Assembly: GCF_036321535.1 (NCBI RefSeq)
Contig: NC_087436.1
Location: 65,226,001 to 65,290,000, forward strand
Length of the DNA: 64,000 bases
From: Camelus dromedarius
Lineage: Eukaryota
Reading direction: 5' to 3'
In this document: positions 12,926 through 24,890 of the stretch, piece by piece
Numbering within the stretch: position 1 is the first letter of the stretch
Layout of the letters: every line of letters starts with the position of its first letter
Made by a program: the position numbers and the translations under genes
The notes under the pieces: model-generated
What the model was told of the DNA's origin: nothing
The model's input: only the letters and a program-made list of their open reading frames with translations
The model's database searches: none

Positions 12926-14414
12926 AAGTGACAATTAAAGATTGTTTTCAGTTGGGTAATGGTATATATATGACACATTCTGTCGGCTGCATTGTTTTAT
13001 CTTCCACATCTAGAACTGCTTTTTCACTCCTTTGTATTCTAACAATTCAGTCATCTTCTTCCCAACAATATCCTAATAGCAAATAGTCCCTTTCAAGCTA
13101 CTAACCAATAATAAAAGCTTGATTTTTGACCTTCACTCGTATTCCTAAATTTGAGTTTGATCACAACCATCATTCTTAAAATGGAAACCCATGTATCGAG
13201 ATTATGGGGACAAATTCAGGCATGCTGCAATTTATTTCCTGACCTCCCTTCGTTTGAAAGATATTTCTGGAAACCCTCTAGCATATAGGTCCCCTTGATG
13301 TAAAAAAGAGTGAATGTAGGATGTAAAAAACAGTGAATATAGGACAAATGCTAGTTGGACTGGTCTCAGAAGCTTGGACTCTACTGTTATCCATCCACAG
13401 GAAGTATTGAAAATAATCTGTATCCCAGCAGGTGTCTTTCTATCGGAAGACACCCATTTCAACAATTACTCCTTTTGGGCTTGATGTAGGTGCTGATAGA
13501 TAACGATTGACAGGGAATGATTTTAACCTTCCACTGAGACTATTTCAAATCTGACAGAAAATTCAGTAGTTGGTACAGCCTCCTGTGCTAATGCTCTGAT
13601 GGGGAGATACATATCTTAAATTCTGCTCTTCTCTATCTTTATGATTTAATTATCTGTGCATAGTTAACAAACTATAATGGTATTTTAAAGCTCATTCCAC
13701 ATAGAATCCTGAGATATATTTTCCTGGCGTATATTCAAGTCGTAGTTACTGTTATTTAAACTGCAATAAGTACTGTTAATTTTCTTATATTAAAAAAACT
13801 GTATTTCTGCTTAATAGCAGGTATTAGTTTAGAGCACAAATAATTCAAACAGGAAACATATGGAAATAGTGAACATAGCCTTATATTATTAATCTAATTA
13901 CGTTATATTTACCTATATTCCTTTTAAAGTTAGTGGACACTGATTTTTATAGTAACTAATGTTTAATGCATCCTTAAAAAGTATATTTCTCCTATCTAAG
14001 GAAGCTGGCAATGAGATTATATGGCCTCATCTCTCCAGCTACTGGATTGATTATGTGGCTCAGGTTGGCTAACCAGACCCTTTTTTTCCCCAAGCTACAA
14101 TATTGTAAGTATTGTCTTATGACGAAATCTGTCCACTCAAGTTATTCCATGGACATCTGAGCAAGTAAAAAAACAAGAGAGAGAATATAGTTTGAACCCT
14201 GTGTCTAGCTTCTCTTGGAAACTAACTGGTTTTTTTCAGTTGAAGTAGCCAATATATTAACCCACTCTTCTTAATCTTCTTTATCAGTCTGACAATTTAT
14301 TGTATATGTGTTCATATTTCAAGTTTTTTCTTAAGTTATATTGCATTTCATTTGATTGAAGGATATCTGACCGTCTGACCACTGAATCATGTACACAAAC
14401 CCATACATAAATAT

Positions 14415-14875
14415 TATGCTGGATTAAAAATGGGCATGAATACTTTGACGTCCCTCCCTTTGAAAGGTAAGGACTATATCCCATCCTCTTGAATCTAGGC
14501 TTAGAGCGTGAAAGAATTAATGCTTGCCGTTTTGGACCTAGCCTTTAAGAGACTTGGTAGTTTCCTCTGCCTTTTTCTTGGAATACTGACCTTCTCTTGA
14601 GAAATCAGACCATTCTGTGTGCAAGCTATGTGAAAGGCCAAGGTAATTACATGGAGAGGCCTTGAGGGGAAATGGGGAGCAAGAAATTCGGAGAGACATA
14701 GAAACTCCATCCAGCTGTTCTAGCCCCTGCCAATCAAATCATCCCAGCAGAGACCCCAGATATTATGAAGTTAAGCCCCTGAACCCCACCCAGATTCTTA
14801 ACCCACATAATATTGAAATAAATAATGATAAATTGTTGTTTTAAGCCATTTGATTTTGAATAGTTTAGCAAAATG
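14415..14875 (+). mobile_element. MaLR solo LTR (MLT1F/G/H-like)
   Basis: attaaaaatgggcatgaatactttgacgtccctccc...cttgaatctagg at 5' and aaattgttgttttaagccatt at 3'. Confidence 0.8.
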
Positions 14876-15379
14876 GAAAAAAATTGGTGAAATAATTATT
14901 AAAGACATTTTTCTTGATTACATTCTTATTTCCCAAGTTTTCTGTGCTTAGAAGATATTATTTCTGCAAACAAGTAGAAAAGCCAGCTGGTACATATTAA
15001 TAATAAATCACTTATTAGCTTCTTCTTGGCTTTATTACTGTTCCTAAGTACTGTAACTGAGAATACAACCCCATTGTTGGCTGCGTCTGGGATAGACACT
15101 TCTATCTCCCCACTTCTTTTATTCCACTGCCAGGATATACCCAGACTCTTTATACACTTCCCTTTCTTCTCCATATATTTACAAAATGGTACCATCTTTG
15201 TGAATGTTTTGTATACCACGTAAACCTTTGCAATATACTGTGATCATTTACTTGCCAATAAACATTCTCACATAGTTGATCTATATATCTTCACAATATT
15301 TTATCATTTTGGTTAGAATTTGCTGTTATTTAGCATTTACTTTTTATCAATTTCATTATTGCTACTTTCTCTTATGTTT

Positions 15380-15660
15380 TAAAATGGCTACTGTAGGTGT
15401 AGTTTAGATACCCATGCTCAAGGCAAGAAGAAGAGAAAAAACTAGCAACACCTGCCATTGTCAATTTTTAACAGAAACTTAGATATTTTACAGAAACCCC
15501 AATGTACTCCGCTACACGTCATTGGCCAGACTTATGTTATATTCCTCATTCCCTCAGCTCCTCTGACTCCAGAGCACGGTGGTCTGTAAAATAAATTTTT
15601 AGTTTTGTCAGTCCCCATTTCCCCAAATTCAAGATTCTTTTGGCAAGAAAAATGGAGGAA
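15380..15660 (-). mobile_element. Old MLT1-type LTR fragment
   Basis: aaaatggctactgtag...acgtcattggccagacttatgtta resembles old MLT1 (J/K/L) in reverse. Confidence 0.45.
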
Positions 15661-16113
15661 TTGATGGTGGCTTTGACGTTGTCAACTCTTAATCCAACTT
15701 ACGGGGTATGCTTGAGGAAATAGATAGATTGGAAGGTAGAGAGAAAGAGAAATCACAGTACTTAATGCAAGTTAGATTTCTAGGAGATGGAAGAGTAAGG
15801 ATTTAAGATTTTTAACATTTTCTTACAATTCTGTGTAATTAAAAATTTAAAGTATCCTTTAGTCATATTTGATAATCACATAAATTAACTTAAATGCAAA
15901 TTGAAACGAAATGCTCAGAAATAAACATGGTGCCTTTGCTTAGAGGGGTTTTGGTTTTTTTAATTGAGCATAAAGAAAAATGTTTGACTGAAATTTCTCT
16001 TACAGAGTCTAGGTACAATGTAAGTAACTTATCTTTGGGTAAGTTCCCCAGGATGTAGCATATTGTAGCTATAAATACTATTTCAGTTACTCATTGCCGC
16101 ATATTTGAGCATA

Positions 16114-17347
16114 CAGGCATGCCTCACTTTATTGTGCTTTTGCTTCACTGTGCTTCATAGATACGGTATATTTCACAAATTGAAGGTATGTGGCGGCTCT
16201 ACATCAAGCATGTCTTTTGGCATCATTTTTCCAATGGCATTTGCTCACTTTGTATGTCTATAACACATCTTGTTAATTCATGCAGTATTTCAAACGTTTG
16301 CATTGCTGTTACATTTTTTATAGTGATCTGTGGTCAGTAATCTTTGATGTTACTATTATCATTGCTTTGGACTACTGCAAACCTTGCCCATAGAAGAGGG
16401 AGCATGTCATAAGTGTTGTGTGTTCTGACTGCTCCACTGACTAGCCATCCACCATTTCTTGCCCTCTTTTTGGGCCTTCCTATTCCCGGAGACACAACAA
16501 TTTTGAAATTAGGCCAGTTAATAACCCTACAATGGCCTCTAAGTGTTCAAGTGAAAGGGTTAGTCGCATGTGTCCAGCCCCAAATCAAAAGCGAAACATG
16601 ATTAAGCTGAGTGAGGAAGGCAAGTCGAAAGCTGAGATAGGTTACAAGCTAAGCTTCTTACACAAACAGCCATGTTTTAAATGCAGAGGAAACGTTCTTG
16701 AATGAAAGTAGAAGTGTTACTCCAGTGCACACACGAATGATAAGAAATCAAAACAGTCTTATAACTGATAGGGAGAAAGTTTTAGTCATCTGGATAAAAG
16801 ATCAAACCAGCCACAGCATTTCCTTAAGCAAAAGCATAATCAAGAGCAAGGTCTTAACGTTCTTCAGTTCTACGAAGTTTGAAAGATAAGGAAGCTGCAG
16901 ATGGAAAGTTTGGAGCCAGGAGAGGTTGGTTCACAGGTCGAAGGAATGAAGCCACCTCCATAACATCAAAGTGCGAGGTGAAGCAAGTGCTGACAGAGAA
17001 ACTACAGCAAGTTACCCAGCAGATCTAGCTCAGATCATTAATGAGGGTGGCTACACTAAACAACAGATTTATGATGTAGATGAAACAGCCTTCGATTGGA
17101 AAAAGATGCCATCTAGGATCCTCATAGCTCAAGAGGAGAAATAAATAATTAGCATTTTTTAGCAATGAAGTATTTTTAAAATAAGGTATCCACATTATTT
17201 TTAGACATAATACTGTTGTACACTTAATAGACTACAGTCTAGTGTAGACATAAATTTTATATGCACTGGGAAACCAAAAAGTTCATGACTTACTTCATCA
17301 CAACAGTGGGCTGGAAATGAACGTGCAGTATCTCGCAGATATGCCTG
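16114..17347 (+). mobile_element. Tigger1 (Tc1/mariner-pogo) DNA transposon, internally deleted
   Basis: Termini caggcat...atgcctg flanked by TA (16112-16113, 17348-17349); ORF 16698-16889 matches the Tigger1 CENP-B-type HTH region; 17043 onward reads [25 protein letters not shown] (first catalytic Asp motif); jumps to the 3' terminal region at about 17140. Confidence 0.95.
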
Positions 17348-19162
17348 TACTTTCTGTTTATTTACTGTGAGTCTTTGAAATTGATATGTATAATGCAATT
17401 ATAACAGTCTTACTTCATTCTTAAAAACTTGGATGCTTTCAGCGTGGAACTTTACGCTCCAAATTGCTACAGGTTCTATACTATTGCTTAATGTTCCTGG
17501 CTCTCATCCTATATGCTTGTCTCAGTTCAGAAATTGCCTACATTTAGAGTAGAAGTATTTTTTTTTTCCTTCAGTTGTTAAAGAAAAAAAAAAAGAGCTC
17601 GTCTTCAAATATTAACCAAGATTATATTTCTCATCATCTTAAACTTTAACAGGCTTTTTGTCCCAAATGTAAAATACAGCTATAAAATCATGTGATATCC
17701 TGAGCTTTGTAGTATTAGGATAAATGTTAGACATGAATTGTGGCTGCAGCAATTATCAGAGACAACCTGATCAAAATGGAAAAACAGGAAACAATTTTTT
17801 TCCCTTTCTTTTCTTATTCAGTTCTTCTCTTAGAAGTCCTGTCTATTGCAAACCTCACTCTTTACATTTACATTACCTGTTAAAGATTTTTGAGCAACTG
17901 TAAGTTAAGCACTGGGAATACGATGGTGTACAAGAGAGAAATAATTCTTGTGATAAGAAAACTTGTAACCTCGTGAGGAATAAAAGAAGTTAAGGGTCTT
18001 ATATTTTTTATCACAGTGGTCTGAAGAAGTGTTGTACCTAATAATCAATCAATCTTTCTGTAGCGGTATGGCAAGTCTTGGTGACAAGCAAATATTAATA
18101 ATGTTGTGTTTAGCTCAAAATACTCCTGGCTCTGGAATACTTATATATAAGTCAGCTCCAACACACTACTGTATAGTAGCCAGATAAGAGGAGATCAAGA
18201 AATGAATAGAGATGAGGAACTAGATAAAATAAAGATTAGACAACAGATTCACAAAGTTGGCTGTGAAGGAAATCATTATTATTGTGTATGTGTACCTGTG
18301 CATATGCATGTCCATGTTTATATGTATATGTACATATTTTTTAAGAAGGAAAATCTTGAGCACTTGTATAATGAAACAATGGAGAGAGAGTTAACGTAGT
18401 TTGTTAATGACTACATAACATTGCTTGCTTGCTGTTCTCATCTGGGTGAAATCATTTCACTCATGTCACGTGTCAGTGACAAACTGCTAATAACTCATAC
18501 CTCACTTGTTATAATTGGTATTAGACATAAAATTAGATAATAAATATAATGTACTTTATACACTACTGAGAAATGATTTGAAGGTTGATATTTAGCTAAT
18601 TAAGCCATCAATATGTGGACTAATTTTGGTCATATATCTGTATATACAAAGGGAAAAATTAACACTATTTAGGCCCTTCCTCTCTCATCTTCCCTTCAAT
18701 TCAAATTTAGTGAGGAGTTTGATACATAGTTTATTCATTGATATATGCATTTGTTTGTTTCTTAACTTATAAAATATTCTGTACTTTAGAGATGTTTGGG
18801 GGTGGCATAGATCTAAAGCAAAATAGGAGACAAACACATTACTGAATTAACATTGATTACAGCTAATGAGCTATTCTTCTGGGACATATTTCTTGTATTT
18901 GTTTTTTCTTGTTTCACCAAGAGCTCTCTCACTCCAGCAGCTCAAGCAGTCGGGTTTAATATATTTAATCATCACTTGGCATTAATAGTTTTAGGAAATT
19001 TGGTAAGGAAAGAAAGTGAATAATATAGTTAATAAATAGGACTAATGTTTAATGAATGAGAGTAAAGAAAAAAGACTAAATAATTTACTGATTTGCTTGG
19101 GATGGGGAAACTTTTATGTTCTCCCACATAACCCTATTACGCTGTTTGACTCACATCATTAA

Positions 19163-19312
19163 AGAGGTTTATATGTCCATGAATAACTGGAAAATTGTGC
19201 TTACATTGGAATTTGACACAACATTGTAAAATGATTATAAATCAATAAAAAATGTTAAAAAAAAAAATAAAGAAAAGTAAGCAGCCCAAGGGGGAAAAAA
19301 AGAGAGGTTTAT
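19163..19312 (+). mobile_element. Extremely 5'-truncated young L1 3' end with TSD agaggtttat
   Basis: aactggaaaattgtgcttacattggaatttgacacaacattgtaaaatgattataaatcaataaaaaatgtt followed by an A tract; agaggtttat at 19163-19172 and 19303-19312. Confidence 0.9.
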
Positions 19313-19499
19313 CTCCACCTACTGATCCTGTTTAAAGAGACTTAGATCTTAGCCAGAGGAACACTGGTATATAGTACATCTAAATATAATTCTATATTCT
19401 GGCTACAGTAATTATTCTAGAGGCTTTAAATATATTCTTGAAAATTAGGGATTTTTTTCTAGGAACTATTTGACCAATAAACTGAACTAGTCATATAAA

Positions 19500-19760
19500 G
19501 GCAGTGCGGTAGAGTTGGTTAAAAATAGACTTTTGTATTAGACTCTATGGGTTTAAAACTCTTCTTTATGATTTAGTGCCTGGATGAACTTCAGAAAACT
19601 TCTTAATCATGTGCCTTAGTTTGCTCATCTATAAAACAGAGATAACAATAGTACTTATCTCTTAGAAAACTAGGACATTTATGTGAGTTAATATGTGTAA
19701 GGTACTTAGAACTCTACCTGAGGCATATTAATGATGATATGGTTGTTATGATTACTGTCA
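19500..19760 (+). mobile_element. MIR SINE, near full length
   Basis: ggcagtgcggtagagttggttaaaa...gtgccttagtttgctcatctataaaacagagataacaatagtacttatctc...gttaatatgtgtaaggtacttagaac. Confidence 0.85.
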
Positions 19761-19882
19761 ACATCTTTCTCCTTTATACCCAACCCTGTTCTGATTTATC
19801 TTTTCTGTTAGTGGTATCAGTAAAAACACTGAAAATATAAAATTATTTTTATTTTATTTCATTTTTTACTCTCAAGTAATTG

Positions 19883-19958
19883 CCTATTTTTGATATCTCC
19901 ATTTGTATAAAATTTATATTTTTCCTCTTTGATATCTCCATTTGTATATAATTTATAT
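19883..19958. repeat. Two-copy ~39-bp tandem duplication
   Basis: tttgatatctccatttgtata(a/t)aatttatat occurs twice head-to-tail. Confidence 0.9.
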
Positions 19959-21179
19959 CCCCACTATCAACAATGTAGTTCAGAACCTTATTGTTTTTCA
20001 CTAATATAATCATATGAGCCTCTTAATTGAACTTTTGCCTGCCTTTCTTTGTTCAGCAATTTTTAAGTGCCTTCTCTAAACTTTCTAATCCAAATGACAT
20101 ACCACTGTCAAAGTAATTATTCCAAAGTGTGTCTGTAATCATAAGAAAATCCTATTTAAAGCAAAAATGGTTTCTTATTAGGCACAGAATAAAATAACAA
20201 ATAACTTGGAAAGCGTGAAAGCCACTCCAGGAGCTTTCTTCAATGTAATTTCTGGATTCATTTCTTACTATTTCCTTTCATAGAGGATATAGTCCCAATC
20301 AAGCAAAATTAATCAGTATTTCCAGAACACAGGAGTGCAATTATAATATGTTACTAGATTTTTGAAATCAGTTTTAGAGACTCCATTTATAAGAACTTAA
20401 ACATAAACAGAAAAATAAATAAAAGAGGTAAGTTAAAATATCATTATGTAAATAATGGGTAAAAAAACTAATGTTGAGACTTCTAGGAGATATCTTGAAG
20501 TATTTGAAATGCTATTCTGTGAATGAGGAATTAGATATTGGTTTTTTAGATCTCAAAAAGTAGACATAAAGATGTTCGAACATATAGAGAGATTGATTTC
20601 TGTTCAACTGAGGGAGAAACTTTTTAACAGTACAAGTAATCTACAGACAGACTACACCTCATAGAATAGTTAACTTTTTTTTTCACAGTGTTTTTAAAAC
20701 TGTTTTATTTCACATGATATGGATTCAGAAAAAGAGAGAAATGAGTCAAACAGCCAGAATGACTTGCTTCAATAAAGTGTGCTTAAAATAGGGTCCAAGT
20801 GGTCCATTTTAAGAAATATGAGGCAGTATTATGTGTCTGTATATGTGCGTTTTATTTTTAGAGAGAGGGGGACCGTGGCTTTAAGTACTGTCAAAGGCTC
20901 AGCAAATATATACACACATTCCTATTTATCTCTCTCTCTATCCAGAAGGGAAAAAGCAAAAGTTGCCAAGCAATTGATCAATTGGAATACTAATATTTTT
21001 ATAATTATATTCTTTACTTCTTAAAATTTTCATAAAAATGAAAATGGAGAGCAAATGGACAAAATGGATTTTTAACTATTATTAAGTTACAGAGGTATAT
21101 TTATTTCTTATTTAGGATTTTAAATGGCAGAAAAATAATCCCTTCAGCCTTGTAATCTTTTTACCTTAAAATAAATAAA

Positions 21180-23260
21180 AGTGGTCTGTTTGTGGCCATG
21201 ATGGAGCAACTGGTACCAGACATGCCCTCATGGTACAACTATATATCTAGGCAAAAAAATGAGACAACTGTTCTTAGATATTAGTAAACAGGAAGTCAAA
21301 ACAAAACAAAACAAAACAAAACAAAACAAAACAAAAAACTATTCTTGTGGAGACTGCTAGATGCTAGTCTCTACTCTCTCCTTGGAAGCACATTCTAGTC
21401 CAGGGTAGTGACGATCAAATCCAAACTGAGTATCATAGTATTTTGAAATGAGGAGGTAGAGATGGATGTGCTAAAATAGTTCGAACTTGTGGGACAGTTT
21501 ACTGTAGAGAAGGGAACTGTGAAGAGAAAACCCTAGATGCTGTGGGAAGTGCATGGCAATTTTTTTTGGAGAAGTTTGGAATATGTAAGCACAGAATCTA
21601 TAAGGCTTAGGACAGAGCAGTTACCAGAAAGCTAAGAGGTAAGCAGAGATACCCAAGTTTGCACAGTGCTGAGAAATGTTGCACTTCTCACCAAGCCAGT
21701 GTAGAGAGATCTTATTGTGTATCCCAGGTGTTTAGTTGAGATTCTAGAAAGTCATACTTTGAAGAAAGAATCATATAAATAAGACTAAAGCCAAAGTGAA
21801 ATGTATCTGGCCTAAAAATAAATAAATAAAACAAATCTGGAAAGATTGAAAGAATCTACCAGAAATTTAACTTGTTACCAAAATATAATTCAGTGTCCTT
21901 TAAAGGGAGGTCATATAATCCAGGCTCCACCTAATGTGTTACACAATGTCCAATGTGTCATCACAAATTATTATACATGTAAAGAAGCAGGAAAAGAAGA
22001 CCCTTAATCAGGATCCCAATGTGACTGACCTGTCAGAGTTAGCACACAAAGACTTTAAACATCCGTTAACGAGGCAATGATTAGGGAATGTCAAAAAAGA
22101 AATGGAGCTCTCTTGAGAACAGAATAGAAGAACCGAAGTTTTAGAGTAAAATGTTACATTATCTGAATTTTTTAAAAAATCAATTGATTGACTTCACCAT
22201 TAATATTTGAGATTACATAGAGGAAAAAATTTGTGAACTTGGACACAGATTAGTGTAAATTATCACACTGGAGAATAGGAAAAAAAAAAGTAAATATGAT
22301 AGCCCCTTAGTAACCTATAGGACAATATCATTCATTTTTACAGATGCATAATTAGAGTTCCAGAAAGAGAGGAGATATTCTAGAACAGAGAAAAAACCAC
22401 CAGAACAAAATAATGCATTAAAATTTCCCAAAGGTGGTGAAAATATTAAATCACAGATCCAAGAAGCATATTAACACCAAGTTTAAAAAGTACAAAGAAA
22501 ATCACAACAGTGTACGTTAAATTCAAATTGCTATAAACCACAAATAGAAACAAAATTTAAATCAGAAAAAAGAAGCCTTACACAAATGGAAAATATGATA
22601 CATTCGCTAGCTAATTTCTCATTAGAAATGATGAAGGTCAGAAGACAATATAGTTACATACTTCAAGTTCTGAAACAGACAAAAAAACACTGTCACCATA
22701 GACTATCTATTTAGTAAATTTATCCTTCAGAATTGAGGATAAAATAAGCATATTTTCAGAAAACTTAAATGTGATGAAATTTGTTACCAAGTGACCTGCA
22801 CCATAAGAAAAGATTAAGGAAGTTCTTCAGCCTAAAAGGTAAATCATTACAAATAAAAACAGATTTTTAAGAATGACAAGCACGAGAAAGTTAACTAGGT
22901 GAACAATTTTTTTAAAAAAAATGCAAAGATGACCTTTTTTCTCATTTCTGTAGGAGACAAATGGCTTCATATCAAAAATTATAAAAGTATATAACTGTAT
23001 TCATAAAATGGGTAGGAATATATATTCACATGACCACATTAGAAAAAAAAAGTCTGGAAATGAAATTATATGTGTAGCTATTAAATGAAGTGGTATAATA
23101 TTCAATCTAAATAGAGAGAATAAACCTATTAAAAAAGTACAAAGAGAAAAGCTAAAAGCTAATAGGAAAAAAATAATGCAAAAAAACAAATTAAAAGAAG
23201 GCACAAATAAGTTGAAAACAAAGGGGTGGATGAAAAAAATTCTATAGAAAAGCTGAAAAT
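21180..23260 (+). mobile_element. Old L1M 5'UTR/ORF1 fragment
   Basis: Decayed ORF1p motifs: IIRVPEREE (~22348), QIQEA (~22454), LSFRIEDKISIFSE (~22720); A-rich sense strand; left boundary uncertain. Confidence 0.75.
21297..21336. repeat. (CAAAA)8 pentanucleotide microsatellite
   Basis: Seen directly. Confidence 0.97.
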
Positions 23261-23489
23261 TAGCATTCTGTGATGTCTTATTGCCAGGGATGTCCCAAAT
23301 TTACACAGTTGACTCAGTCTTTCTGTGGAAAAGAGGAAGTGTGTTTTGAATTTTAGTATAGCTAACAGATAGGTGCAAATCAAAGAACTGATTCTATTAC
23401 AAACTACAAATAATTTTTATTCATTGATATTTCTCTTTGCTCTTGGTACCAGGAATAATTGCCCTTCTGTAGTAAATGCCTTTTTTTCA

Positions 23490-23715
23490 TGAAGCCAGAC
23501 CTCAAATATTCAGATTCTGGCTTAACCTTATTAGATAACTTTATGGAGGTTTTAAAATTTCCTTGACTCAGTTTCTTTATCTATAACATGGGCAATATGA
23601 TTGTACCTACCCCATATATTTATGATGAGTATTAAATGAGTTAATACTTGTAGTGCATTTAAATAAATGACTAGAAAAGTTGGAATTCAATGAAATATTA
23701 ACTATCATTATTTTC
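23490..23715 (+). mobile_element. MIR SINE
   Basis: gactcagtttctttatctataacatgggcaatatgattgtacctacc...gagtattaaatgagttaatacttg. Confidence 0.8.
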
Positions 23716-23879
23716 TTGTAAAAATTCTGATTGCTTCTTAGATGTGGATGTAGATTGCCGGAAAACCAAGGGTCAACTTTATAGCCATTTCTAACAAAGA
23801 CACAGGATCTTATAGTATGCATTTGTATTATTACTTTATTCTTGGCTTTCTACGAGGTTCTCAAGTTTGAGCTGAGAAC

Positions 23880-24890
23880 TTAAAGATGTAAGAATTAACC
23901 AAGACTTGAAGGGAGAAAATAATATTCCACACAGCGGGACCAAAAAGAGACGATAGTGGAAGTGACTATAATTTCTATGAGTGATTTAAAGACAAGTTAT
24001 ATAGAGAAAAGCATACAAGGGACTTGGTGCCAGGTAAATTTGGAGAGGTCGTTAGGAACCAACCAGTGCAGGTTTTGTACATAAGGAGTTTCTCTTTATA
24101 TTAAGAGATATCGGGGGAACTATTCAAGCTTTTTCACAAAGATCCAAAGTTTGTGTTTCACTTGAAAATATCTGTATTTTAGCAAATCACAAACACTGCC
24201 TTGAGAACTGTTTGGAAGAGAATAAGTGAATAAACATAGAAGTAATCTACTTGAATAATCTGAGAATCAATGTGAAGATCAACAAAGGTAGTGATGGTAG
24301 AGATGGAGCAGTTTGCAGGAGTCAGACACACTTTTCAGGAGGGATTCAACACTACTTGGTAATGGACTGGATGTTAGGGTTTATATGTGACTGTAGCAGA
24401 GTGTTGAGCTCAGGGAAGGGAAATTGAAGGGTCAGGTATGATTCCCTGACTCCAGTAGCTTTATCGTATGGATGGCAAATCCATTTATTGACTTAAAGCT
24501 CGTTGAAAGATGGTCAGTAGCTTCTCTTTTTTATTTGTGTAGTTTGGTATGCTGGAATAGGAAAATAGCATGAGTCTTATATTGATATTGAGTTGGCTTT
24601 GATATATATAATTCACAATGTCAATTAAATCATTGAATATTGATGTTTGGAACTCTATGGAGCATCCTGGGCTGGAGAGAGAAATATATGACTTACCTGG
24701 GTATGGACGATAGTTAAAGCCCAGTGAAAGATGATTCATTTTAACAAAAGTGTGGATAATGAAATACAAAAAAAAATTAAATTCATGAAATTCAACTTTT
24801 GATATCTATATTGAGGAATGATCAACTGGGTGGCTTAGAAAAGTAGCCAGGAGAATAATCAGGAATACCAAAAGAATATTAGGTCAAAGA
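23880..24890 (-). mobile_element. L2 LINE fragment
   Basis: taaggagtttctctttata, ggtagtgatggtagagatggag, acttggtaatggactggatgt, ctctatggagcatcctgggctggagaga are typical reverse L2 phrases. Confidence 0.7.

Noticed and set aside
16413..16889. ORFs as a domesticated TIGD-like gene
   Set aside because: Stops, frameshifts and loss of the catalytic core; ordinary Tigger1 fossil
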